The notes beneath the pieces are model-generated. The model had not been told where the DNA came from. It did not search any database and worked only from the letters and a program-made list of their open reading frames with translations. 64,000 nucleotides of DNA from Vicinamibacterales bacterium (lineage in GTDB: Bacteria; Acidobacteriota; Vicinamibacteria; Vicinamibacterales; UBA8438): positions 2,342,687 to 2,406,686 of the forward strand of contig OZ244900.1 in the NCBI GenBank assembly GCA_965221595.1, written 5' to 3'. The translations under genes and the position numbers were made by a program. Shown one piece after another: positions 53,252 through 64,000 of the stretch. Each line of letters starts with the position of its first letter. Positions within the stretch are counted from its first letter, which is position 1.

Positions 53252-54997
53252 ATGCCCACGCCGAAGCAGCCCGGCCTGTTGGGCCGCGTTCAGCCCGAGC
53301 CCGACCCGCGCGATGCAGGCGCGAGCCTGGACGCCGGGCGGCAACCTGACCGCACAAGCGGCACCGCGGCGGCGGCAGGCGCTACCGACGAGGCGCCCAA
53401 GCGCGGCCGCCTCGTCACGAATCACCTCAACCTGCTCTACCTGCTGGCGGCCGGGCTCTTGCTGCCGCGGAGCGGTTTCGGCACGAAGTACTATCAGGAC
53501 ACGCTCGACGCCTGCCCGGGCTGGATCCCTTTGTTCACGGGCCTGCCGGGCCCCGCCGCCGTCGACCAGGCGACCGCCGAGGCTGCGCATCTCAGGTCGT
53601 GCCAGGTGATCGTCTCGCTGAACGCCTGTGCTGGGCCGGTAATGGTCCCCACAACCGCCGGCGTCGAGGAGCGCCGTTGGCCGGATGAGGCTCGGGACGC
53701 CCCGCTGATCTTCGTCCCCGCGCCGCTCCCGCTCTCGGCCGTCGAATCGATCGTGTTCCGGTCGCAAGAAGACAGGGAGGCCTGCCGGGACCGCGCGCGG
53801 GACGTCGGCAACGTGCCACTCGACGATTTCGAGGTCCGTACCATCAAGCGTTTTTCGTCCGCCGGGGGGCCACCGTGGCCGCCCGCACACATGCCGCCCG
53901 AACGCTCCGCGCCGCTTGCAGCAGCCCAGGCCGCCGGGGGCATGCTGGCCATGCTGTTGAAGCTGGCGCATGAGGACCGAGGCAGAATTCTCGCGGGAAA
54001 CGACTCCCGGGAGCTGGCCGCCTGCCGGGCCGCGTTCGATCCCGCGAACGACCCGCCGCCCGTCTTGGCGGGGACGGTGGCGGCGGCGCTGGCTGACTGG
54101 ATGCGTACGGGTTCCTCCGCCGTGCCCCCGGACGCTGCCCGCCCGGGCATCGACCGCGGCGACGCTCGGCGACTCGTCTGGGGAGCGGTCGACACCCTCG
54201 CGGAGCGGGCCGGCGTGGCTGGGGTGGACGAGGCCAACGCTCTGCTGCTCGAGTACCTCGACCGCGAGTCGAAGGAACTCGATGAGCCGCTGCGGAAACA
54301 CGTCATCGAGCTGCGGGCGACGCTCGATTCCCTGACCGGGCTGGCGGACCTGACCGCGTCGGACCTGTTCGAGCGGTTCAGCACGCCGTTCCCCCGCGCG
54401 ATGTGCCTGCTGTTCCTGCGCCGGACCTGCGCCGAGCTGCTCGAGTTCGAGCACGCAGCACTGACCGCCGAGGACCGGCTGGCCGCTGCGCTGCTGTTCG
54501 GCGCCCGCGCCGGCTGGCTGGCGTTGCCGCTGTCGCTCCGCGGCGGGGCGGCGGCCTCCGCCGCGGTCTCTCACCGCATGGCGGCGCGGAGCCACCGCCT
54601 GGCGGGAACCGGCTTCGAGCTGGGCCCGGCCCCGGCGCGTCCGAAGGCGCTGGCCGAGCTGTTCGCCGGCGAGTGGGGCGCTCCTCAGCGGGATGCTGCA
54701 GTCGAGCTTGCCCGCAGGCAGAAGTGGACCGACTGCCTTCAGACGCGGGTCAAGCTCGGTACGGGGGACTACGTGTTGAAGGTCGGACGCGGCGGGACGG
54801 AAATCATCTTTCCGGGCGAGGCGCGCGCCGTCGAGACCGTCGTGGACCGTTCCCGGTTTGCGACGCGGCTGGCGGCGGACTCCGTCGATCCGAAGCATGA
54901 GAGGGCGGTCAGAGTACTGCTGGCGGGCGGCGGGAGTGCAGCACCGGGCAGGCGCCGGCGCCGCGGCCGCCCGGGGGGGCAGAACCGGGCGGGTTGA
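53252..54997 (+). CDS. Hypothetical protein, 581 aa, no recognisable motif (fourth gene of the candidate defence block)
   Basis: ATG 19 nt after the previous stop, preceded by aaGGAAGtAGGAtg. Non-repetitive sequence with hydrophobic/helical stretches (LVTNHLNLLYLLAAGLLLP, GWIPLF) and a basic Arg-rich tail. Confidence 0.7.
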   Translation: MPTPKQPGLLGRVQPEPDPRDAGASLDAGRQPDRTSGTAAAAGATDEAPKRGRLVTNHLNLLYLLAAGLLLPRSGFGTKYYQDTLDACPGWIPLFTGLPGPAAVDQATAEAAHLRSCQVIVSLNACAGPVMVPTTAGVEERRWPDEARDAPLIFVPAPLPLSAVESIVFRSQEDREACRDRARDVGNVPLDDFEVRTIKRFSSAGGPPWPPAHMPPERSAPLAAAQAAGGMLAMLLKLAHEDRGRILAGNDSRELAACRAAFDPANDPPPVLAGTVAAALADWMRTGSSAVPPDAARPGIDRGDARRLVWGAVDTLAERAGVAGVDEANALLLEYLDRESKELDEPLRKHVIELRATLDSLTGLADLTASDLFERFSTPFPRAMCLLFLRRTCAELLEFEHAALTAEDRLAAALLFGARAGWLALPLSLRGGAAASAAVSHRMAARSHRLAGTGFELGPAPARPKALAELFAGEWGAPQRDAAVELARRQKWTDCLQTRVKLGTGDYVLKVGRGGTEIIFPGEARAVETVVDRSRFATRLAADSVDPKHERAVRVLLAGGGSAAPGRRRRRGRPGGQNRAG

Positions 54998-55208
54998 GGA
55001 ATAGAACCCTGCCGGTCGTCGCGGCCGTACGGCTTCAGCCCGCCTCGGGCAATCTCCGCGGCGGCGGTTGAGTTCGGTCGGGGTGCCCGCTCAGATGCCT
55101 CGCGAAGTCGAGGCAGTGATTCCCGATCCTTCTCCAGTCACCAGCCTCCGAGGCAGAAGACCACGCCGGCGCCGCCCCTCAGGCTGATGGGTGAGCCCCG
55201 CCCGGCAC

Positions 55209-55628
55209 CTACGCGGCGAGGAACCGCAGGATTCCGAACGTCAGCGCCGCCGTGGCCAGGACGGTGCCGACCATCCAGCGGATGAGCCGGGTTTCGAGAG
55301 CGGCGATCTCGGTGCGAACCTCGGCAATCTGCGTCGAGAGTCGCGTGTCGACGGCCGCGATCTCAGTACGAACCGCGGCAATCTGCGTCGAGAGCCGCGT
55401 GTCGACGGCCGCGACCTCGGTGCGGACCTCGGCAATCTGCGCGGAGAGCCGCGTGTCGAGAGCCGCGATCTCGGTGCGGACCTCAGCGAGACCGGCTTTG
55501 AACTGGTCGGAGGTGACGTGGTCGCCCTGCCGGGCGAGCCTGTGCATGGCCGTGGCGATGACTTCGGCCTGGCCACGGTCGATGCCGCCGGCGGTCAGCT
55601 CCTGGGCGACGGAGAGCGTGTCGAGCAT
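55209..55628 (-). CDS. DUF1640-like coiled-coil protein with C-terminal membrane anchor
   Basis: ORF 55209..55730 trimmed to MLDTLSVAQELTAGGIDRGQAEVIATAM (ATG at 55628). Four 18-aa repeats EVRTEIAA(L/V)DTRLS(A/T)QIA, then IRWMVGTVLATAALTFGILRFL. Confidence 0.7.
   Translation of the reverse strand: MLDTLSVAQELTAGGIDRGQAEVIATAMHRLARQGDHVTSDQFKAGLAEVRTEIAALDTRLSAQIAEVRTEVAAVDTRLSTQIAAVRTEIAAVDTRLSTQIAEVRTEIAALETRLIRWMVGTVLATAALTFGILRFLAA
55291..55490. repeat. About 3.7 tandem copies of a 54-nt repeat (in-frame, inside the DUF1640-like CDS)
   Basis: Units begin near 55291, 55345, 55399 and 55453, e.g. gtgtcgacggccgcgatctcagtacgaaccgcggcaatctgcgtcgagagccgc. Confidence 0.8.
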
Positions 55629-55836
55629 GGGGCAACATCCTGCGACCAGGCGGCCGCGCGCGACGGTTGCGGGAGACCACCCCGGTGATCGCAGCGGGCC
55701 AGGAACTGCCCGAATCGCATCAAATGACACTGTAGCATGAGCGCATCAGCGGACGGACAGGGGCGAGGAACACCCCGTTTCCGGGCGGGACGGTCCGGAC
55801 GGGTGACGCGTCTGTCGGGACGCGCGGCAGGGTGTC

Positions 55837-55925
55837 TGGTACCGAGGGTGGGGATCGAACCCACACGGCCCGTCAGGGCCACGGGATTTTAAGTCCCGTG
55901 CGTCTGCCAGTTTCGCCACCTCGGC
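55837..55925 (-). tRNA. tRNA-Leu (anticodon UAA), type II with long variable arm, CCA encoded
   Basis: Reverse complement: GCCGAGG-TG-GCG-AAACTGGCAGA-CGC-A-CGGGA-CTTAAAA-TCCCG-TGGCCCTGACGGGCCGT-GTGGG-TTCGATC-CCCAC-CCTCGGT-ACCA. The cloverleaf folds by hand, and position 1:72 is a G:U pair. Confidence 0.85.
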
Positions 55926-56084
55926 CCACAGACGGATGCAGTCGGCGCATGCTTCACGTGCCGGCTGCGGTGCCGCACCCGGACCGGACGGGGCGACTGG
56001 ACGGACGCGGCCGCCGGGCGGACACCCTCTGCTGTGCGCAGCATACCGCGGAACCCGGGCGGATCAGGATGCGGCGCGCGGCGC

Positions 56085-56090
56085 TATAAT
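56085..56090 (+). promoter_or_regulatory. Perfect TATAAT hexamer upstream of the serine hydrolase gene
   Basis: gcgcTATAATcggcgcGGAGGAaccGTG read directly. Confidence 0.3.
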
Positions 56091-56105
56091 CGGCGCGGAG
56101 GAACC

Positions 56106-57191
<1,086 letters not shown>

Positions 57192-57347
57192 CTGCGACAG
57201 GCGGAGTCCCGGACCATCGTGACCATGCGGCCGCGCGGGGCGCGACACCCCCACCGCCGCGGCAGGAGCCCGAGCCGGGTGCCGCCGCTCGATTGACACG
57301 GGCGCCGCCGGAGTCCATACTACCGGCTGCCTCGGGAGACGCTCGAC

Positions 57348-57620
57348 ATGACCGAAAAGACCAGCCTGCTCGACAGGATCAACCTCTGGGTGCTGGGCAG
57401 TACCCTGTTCCTCTACATCGGCCTGCTGCCGAACGTGCTCTACTCCCGTTACCTGGACGACGGCACGGTACACCGCTACACGTACGGCACCGTCGCTGTC
57501 GCGCTGGTGCTGTTCTGGATCCACTCGAAGTTCAACGACGCCCCCACGCGCATCCTGACGCTTGTTTTCGGCGTCGGTCTCCTGCTCTGGGTCTGGTTCA
57601 CGATGCCGGCGATCGGCTAG
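57348..57620 (+). CDS. Hypothetical small membrane protein (90 aa, about 3 TM)
   Basis: Hydrophobic segments LWVLGSTLFLYIGLL, VAVALVLFWI, LTLVFGVGLLLWVWF. No family recognised. Confidence 0.5.
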   Translation: MTEKTSLLDRINLWVLGSTLFLYIGLLPNVLYSRYLDDGTVHRYTYGTVAVALVLFWIHSKFNDAPTRILTLVFGVGLLLWVWFTMPAIG

Positions 57621-57634
57621 CGATACACCACCAG

Positions 57635-57981
57635 CTAGTGCACGCGGTCGCCGGTCACGGCCGGCGCGGCCATGACCCGTTTGATAGCCTGGGTCAACCA
57701 CTCGCGGTCGATCTCGAACGGTCCGGCGACAATCGCTGCGCTGGCACTCTCCATCGCAATCGCCACCCCGCGCTCCAGCGGCGTCACGATCCAACTCAGG
57801 CCCCGCAGCTGAACGACACGAGACTCCGGGCCCGGGTTCTGCACGCGTTCGAACTCCCGCAGGGCCAGATGCAGCACCTCGCGCACATCGTCGTCGGTCC
57901 ACGCGTCCGTGTCCACGCCGTGCTCCACCGACTGCGCCACCACGTCCTGCCGCCCCTTGAGCAGCACCTCGACCGTGAACG

Positions 57982-57985
<4 letters not shown>
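57635..57985 (-). CDS. Hypothetical protein (116 aa)
   Basis: In frame in ORF 57635..58627. ATG at 57985 forms an ATGA overlap with the stop of the upstream thioredoxin-domain gene. Balanced, non-repetitive composition ([23 protein letters not shown]...). Confidence 0.5.
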
Positions 57986-60162
<2,177 letters not shown>

Positions 60163-60182
60163 GACTGGCTCGACGGCCGCCG

Positions 60183-61016
60183 CTACGGCTCGCCCCGGTC
60201 GGGCTCGCTCCAGGCGGGGTACGACCCGAGCGTGCGCACCGACGGCGCGAACTCCGCCAGGTTCATCAGCGCCCGCGCGCAGCGGAAGTCCTCGCGGTTG
60301 GTGGCCAGGTCGGCATAGAACAGGAACTCGAACGGCCGGTCCGGTATGGGCCGCGACTCGAGCTTCGTCAGGTCGATCCCGCGCAGTGCGAAGACGCTCA
60401 GCGCCTTGAACAGGGCGCCCACCTCGTTCGCGACCGCGAACACGATGGTCGTCTTGTCGGGTGTCCCGAGGGGCACCGGCTCGCGGCCTATCAGGAGAAA
60501 GCGGGTGAAGTTGTCGGCGTAGTCCTGGATCCCGGAACGGAGCACCTGCAGGTCGAAGACGCGCGCCGCGCGCTCCGACGCGATGGCCGCGCTTTCCTGC
60601 AGGTTCTCCTCCTTGATCATCTTCGCGCTGCCTGCCGTGTCGTAGGTTGCAACAATCTCCACGTCCTGCAGCGTGCGCAGGAAGCGCTCGCACTGCGCCA
60701 GACCCTGGGGATGCGAATAGACGCGCCGCACCTGCTCGAGCGTCGTCCCCTCGAGCACGATCAGGTGATGGACTATCGGCAGCTTGACCTCCCCGACAAT
60801 CGGCAGATCGTGCTCCAGCAGCAGGTCGTAGTTGCGGTGAATCGTACCCCCGATCGTGTTCTCGATGGGCAGGATGCCGTGCGTCGCCTCGCGTGCCGCG
60901 ACCCCGGCGAAGACTTCCTCGAACGACGGCCGGGGCACCACGTCGGCCGCCGGGTTGAGGCGAAGCGCGGCGGCCTCGCTGTACGCACCCGGCACTCCCT
61001 GATAGGCGATACGCAT
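60183..61016 (-). CDS. pheA: Prephenate dehydratase (PDT + ACT domains)
   Basis: [43 protein letters not shown], and an ACT-type C-terminus (ESRP...FEFLFYAD). Confidence 0.9.
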   Translation of the reverse strand: MRIAYQGVPGAYSEAAALRLNPAADVVPRPSFEEVFAGVAAREATHGILPIENTIGGTIHRNYDLLLEHDLPIVGEVKLPIVHHLIVLEGTTLEQVRRVYSHPQGLAQCERFLRTLQDVEIVATYDTAGSAKMIKEENLQESAAIASERAARVFDLQVLRSGIQDYADNFTRFLLIGREPVPLGTPDKTTIVFAVANEVGALFKALSVFALRGIDLTKLESRPIPDRPFEFLFYADLATNREDFRCARALMNLAEFAPSVRTLGSYPAWSEPDRGEP

Positions 61017-61073
61017 CGATTTCGGGGGCGGCCCCGTTCAGCATGATACACGGGCCCGGGAGTCGGCCTGTCG

Positions 61074-61724
61074 CTACCAGCCCGATTCGCCTCGCAGCGG
61101 CACGAAGACGCAGCCGACGCTCTCCTCCTCATCGAAACCGGCCCTGCTGCGACGAACCACTGTCAGCGTCTGCTGGTGCCGGCTGCCGCGCGGCAGCACC
61201 AGTCGCCCCCCGATGGCCAGCTGGTCGAGGAGCGGGGGCGGCGCGGCCGGCGCCCCGGCGGTCACCATGATCCGGTCGAAGCACCCGCCCGGCGCCCCGC
61301 GGCTGCCGTCGCCGGTCGTCACGCGCACGTTGGCGATTCCGAGCCTGGCCAGCGTCGCGCGGGCCCGCACGGCCAGCTCGGGCACCCATTCGAATGTGCG
61401 CACCTCCGCCACGAGCTGCGCCAGCACGGCCGCCTGGTAGCCGGATCCGGTCCCGACCTCCAGCACCCGGTTGCCTGTCGCCGGTTGAAGCGCCGCGGTC
61501 ATGACCGCGACCATGTAGGGCTGCGAGATCGTCTGACCGTAGCCAATCGGCAACGGCCGATCCTCGTACGCCGCCGGCGCCGAGGCTGCCGGCACGAACT
61601 CGTGGCGCGGCACCGCAGCCAGCGCGCGCAGGACGCCGGCGTGCCGCACGCCGCGCGCGCGGATTTGCGTCTCCACCATGCGGCTCCGCTCGGCTGCCCG
61701 GGCGCGCTCCGATTCCGTCGCCAT
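61074..61724 (-). CDS. pcm: Protein-L-isoaspartate O-methyltransferase
   Basis: [50 protein letters not shown]. Confidence 0.9.
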   Translation of the reverse strand: MATESERARAAERSRMVETQIRARGVRHAGVLRALAAVPRHEFVPAASAPAAYEDRPLPIGYGQTISQPYMVAVMTAALQPATGNRVLEVGTGSGYQAAVLAQLVAEVRTFEWVPELAVRARATLARLGIANVRVTTGDGSRGAPGGCFDRIMVTAGAPAAPPPLLDQLAIGGRLVLPRGSRHQQTLTVVRRSRAGFDEEESVGCVFVPLRGESGW

Positions 61725-61785
61725 GCTGGCGGGGGCCGGCCCCTCCCTCCGCCGATGGTAGCAGCCCGCCTCCCACGGCGCAGTC

Positions 61786-61791
61786 TATAAT
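61786..61791 (+). promoter_or_regulatory. Perfect TATAAT hexamer 6 nt upstream of the ATG at 61798 (leaderless-type promoter candidate)
   Basis: cagtcTATAATcgcgggATG read directly. Confidence 0.35.
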
Positions 61792-61797
61792 CGCGGG

Positions 61798-61959
61798 ATG
61801 CCGGAGCCGACGACGCGTTCCCCGCAACCGCCCTCCCCCACCGCCGGCAGGACCGACGAGACAGTCAGCTGCGAGCGGTGCGGCGCCGGCATGTTCCGCA
61901 TGCATGCCGTTTGGCGCTGCCCGGCCTGCGGATACAAAACCGACTGCTGCGGCTGGTAG
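61798..61959 (+). CDS. Candidate 53-aa zinc-ribbon protein
   Basis: Own translation: MPEPTTRSPQPPSPTAGRTDETVSCERCGAGMFRMHAVWRCPACGYKTDCCGW-stop. Two CxxC pairs. It is below the ORF-track length cutoff and lies 27 nt upstream of the carboxyltransferase gene. Confidence 0.4.
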   Translation: MPEPTTRSPQPPSPTAGRTDETVSCERCGAGMFRMHAVWRCPACGYKTDCCGW

Positions 61960-61986
61960 TCACCGCGGCGGGGGTGCCCCCGATCC

Positions 61987-63594
61987 ATGGCCGTGATCGA
62001 GTCCCGGATTCGCACCGATACGCCCGAGTTCCGGGCGAACCGCGCAGCGATGCAGCGGCTGGTCGGGCAGCTCGATGCCCGACTCGATGCCGCGCGCGAG
62101 GGCGGCGGCGACGACGCGCAGGCGCGCCATCGCGAGCAGGGCAAGCTGCCGGTGCGCGAGCGGATCGACCGGCTCCTCGATCCGGGGTCCCCGCTGCTCG
62201 AGCTCTCGCCGCTGGCGGCGTTCGGGATGTACGAGCAGACGGTGCCAGCCGCGGGACTGGTCACGGGGATAGGGCGGGTGGCGGGGCGCGAGGTGATGAT
62301 CGTCGCGAACGACGCGACGGTCAAGGGCGGCACCTACTTCCCGGTGACTGTCAAGAAGCACCTCCGCGCCCAGCAGATCGCGCTGGAGAACCATCTGCCG
62401 TGCGTCTACCTCGTCGACTCCGGCGGCGCATTCCTGCCGCTGCAGGCTGACGTCTTCCCCGACCGCGAGCACTTCGGGCGCATCTTCTACAACCAGGCCC
62501 GGATGTCCGCGCTCGGCATCGCCCAGGTGGCCGTCGTCATGGGCTCCTGCACCGCGGGCGGCGCCTACGTACCAGCGATGTCGGACCAGGCGATCATCGT
62601 CAAGGGCACGGGCACCATCTTTCTCGGCGGCCCGCCGCTGGTAAAGGCCGCCACCGGCGAGGACGTCAGCGCGGAGGACCTCGGCGGCGCTGACGTACAC
62701 ACGCGGCTGTCGGGTGTCGCCGACTACCTCGCGGACGACGACGATCACGCGCTCCGGCTGACGCGGTCGGTACTGTCGGCCGTCCACCTGGCGCCGCGGG
62801 GGATCCCCGATCGCGCAGCGCCCGAAGATCCGCGCTGCGATCCGCAGGAGCTGCTGGGCATCGTGCCGACCGATCTCCGGCAGTCGTACGACGTGCGCGA
62901 GGTCATCGCACGGCTGGTCGACGGGTCGCGGCTCGACGAGTTCAAGGCGCGCTACGGCGTGACGCTGGTGGCCGGCTTCGTGCGCGTCCACGGCATGCTC
63001 GCAGGCATCCTGGCCAACAACGGCGTCCTGTTCTCCGAGTCCGCGCTCAAGGCCGCCCATTTCATCCAGTTGTGCAGCCTGCGCAAGGTGCCGCTGATCT
63101 TCCTGCAGAACATCACCGGCTTCATGGTTGGACGGGAGTACGAGCAAAGGGGCATCGCAAAGGACGGGGCGAAGATGGTGCACGCGGTCGCCAACACCCC
63201 GGTGCCGAAGCTGACCGTCATCATCGGCGGCTCGTTCGGCGCCGGCAACTACGGCATGTGCGGCCGCGCCTACGACCCGCGGCTGCTGTGGACGTGGCCG
63301 AATGCCCGCATCTCCGTGATGGGCGGCGAGCAGGCAGCCGGCGTGCTGGCGACGGTCAAGGGCGACCAGGCGCGCCGGGCGGGACGCGCGCTGTCGAGCG
63401 CCGAGGTCGAAGCGATCCGCGCGCCGATCCTCGACAAGTACGAGCGGGAGGGGTCGCCGTACTACGCCACGGCCCGGCTGTGGGACGACGGCATCCTCGA
63501 CCCGGCCCGCACGCGGGCGGCGCTGGCGCTGGGACTGGCGGCCACCTGCAACGCCCCGATTCCCGACGCCTCGTTCGGCGTGTTCAGGATGTGA
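61987..63594 (+). CDS. Methylcrotonoyl-CoA carboxylase beta subunit (acyl-CoA carboxyltransferase)
   Basis: 535 aa. [77 protein letters not shown]. Substrate assignment rests on family resemblance only. Confidence 0.85.
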   Translation: MAVIESRIRTDTPEFRANRAAMQRLVGQLDARLDAAREGGGDDAQARHREQGKLPVRERIDRLLDPGSPLLELSPLAAFGMYEQTVPAAGLVTGIGRVAGREVMIVANDATVKGGTYFPVTVKKHLRAQQIALENHLPCVYLVDSGGAFLPLQADVFPDREHFGRIFYNQARMSALGIAQVAVVMGSCTAGGAYVPAMSDQAIIVKGTGTIFLGGPPLVKAATGEDVSAEDLGGADVHTRLSGVADYLADDDDHALRLTRSVLSAVHLAPRGIPDRAAPEDPRCDPQELLGIVPTDLRQSYDVREVIARLVDGSRLDEFKARYGVTLVAGFVRVHGMLAGILANNGVLFSESALKAAHFIQLCSLRKVPLIFLQNITGFMVGREYEQRGIAKDGAKMVHAVANTPVPKLTVIIGGSFGAGNYGMCGRAYDPRLLWTWPNARISVMGGEQAAGVLATVKGDQARRAGRALSSAEVEAIRAPILDKYEREGSPYYATARLWDDGILDPARTRAALALGLAATCNAPIPDASFGVFRM

Positions 63595-64000
63595 TGTTCC
63601 GCCGCCTGCTGATTGCCAACCGCGGGGAGATCGCGGTGCGCATCGTGCGCACGTGCCGGGCACTCGGCGTCGAGACCGTCGCCGTCTACTCGGACGCCGA
63701 CGCCACGGCGCCGCACGTCGCCGCCGCCGACCGCGCGGAGCGCCTCGGCCCGGCGGTGCCGGCCGAGAGCTATCTCGCTGGCTCGCGGATCATCGACGCG
63801 GCGCGCCGCGCAGGCGCCGACGCCGTCCACCCCGGCTACGGCTTCCTGTCCGAGAGCCCTGCGTTCGCGGAGGCCTGCGAGCAGGCCGGGCTGCGCTTCG
63901 TCGGGCCGTCGCCCGAAGTCATCGCCGGCGCGGGCTCCAAGCTGGACGCCCGGCGGCTGGCCGTCGCGGCCGGCGTGCCGGTAGTGCCCGGCAGCGAGCC
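63594..64000 (+). CDS. Biotin carboxylase (alpha) subunit of the acyl-CoA carboxylase, 5' part (runs off the right edge)
   Basis: Own translation from ATG at 63594 (TGATG overlap with the previous stop): [36 protein letters not shown]...HPGYGFLSE. Confidence 0.9.
   Translation, partial: MFRRLLIANRGEIAVRIVRTCRALGVETVAVYSDADATAPHVAAADRAERLGPAVPAESYLAGSRIIDAARRAGADAVHPGYGFLSESPAFAEACEQAGLRFVGPSPEVIAGAGSKLDARRLAVAAGVPVVPGSE

Noticed and set aside
45355-54997. Calling the block a canonical class 1 or class 2 DISARM system
   Set aside because: I found no methyltransferase motifs (no DPPY/NPPY or FxGxG-type SAM sites), no PLD HxK(x)4D nuclease and no SNF2 helicase in or beside the block. Only the DrmA/DrmB-like core is present, so it is reported as a derived or novel architecture instead.
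55291-55490. Regularly spaced 54-nt repeats as a possible CRISPR array
   Set aside because: The repeats are contiguous with no unique spacers, in frame, and encode an 18-residue coiled-coil unit inside a CDS. No cas genes are present in the window.

Overview
Very GC-rich bacterial chromosomal window (about 70% by eye, not computed), densely coding on both strands. No rRNA, CRISPR array, transposase or integrase was seen. All family calls come from reading motifs in the supplied translations and in my own translations; no database search was run. The lineage guess, Acidobacteriota or Gemmatimonadota-like, is inference from the CarboxypepD_reg-type TonB receptor and the CRTAC1/FG-GAP proteins.

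Housekeeping genes:
- 5' end of selB, rnr, a MOFRL glycerate kinase, gatB and pckA
- a SpoIID-like protein and an ECF sigma/anti-sigma pair followed by ispH
- a TolC-like OMP, dksA-like plus folK, and a tesA-like/ABC ATPase/FtsX permease block
- pheA, pcm, and methylcrotonyl-CoA carboxylase beta and alpha subunits

Accessory content:
1. The main candidate for a novel system lies at 45.3-55.0 kb, between a TonB-dependent receptor and the 3' end of tRNA-Leu(UAA). It is a four-gene co-directional block:
   - a 1536-aa protein with an intact Hanks-type Ser/Thr kinase fused to a DrmA-like DExH helicase
   - an overlapping DUF1998/DrmB-like gene
   - a compact UvrD-like SF1 ATPase
   - a 581-aa protein with no recognisable motifs
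   No methyltransferase or PLD nuclease is present, so it looks like a DISARM-core-derived, kinase-armed defence candidate.
2. A FG-GAP/UnbV_ASPIC/thioredoxin/TPR gene is split by one in-frame TGA. A perfect hairpin starts 11 nt downstream of it, in a genome that encodes SelB.
3. A cstA / CC-terminated small protein / ArsA-like ATPase / cstA module.
4. A five-gene secreted cluster (two paralogous unknowns, a DUF6152-like protein, a cytochrome c fused to a copper-monooxygenase-like domain, and one more unknown) next to a PQQ dehydrogenase and a dihaem cytochrome c.

Several genes have a -10 hexamer exactly 6 nt before the ATG, which suggests leaderless transcripts.
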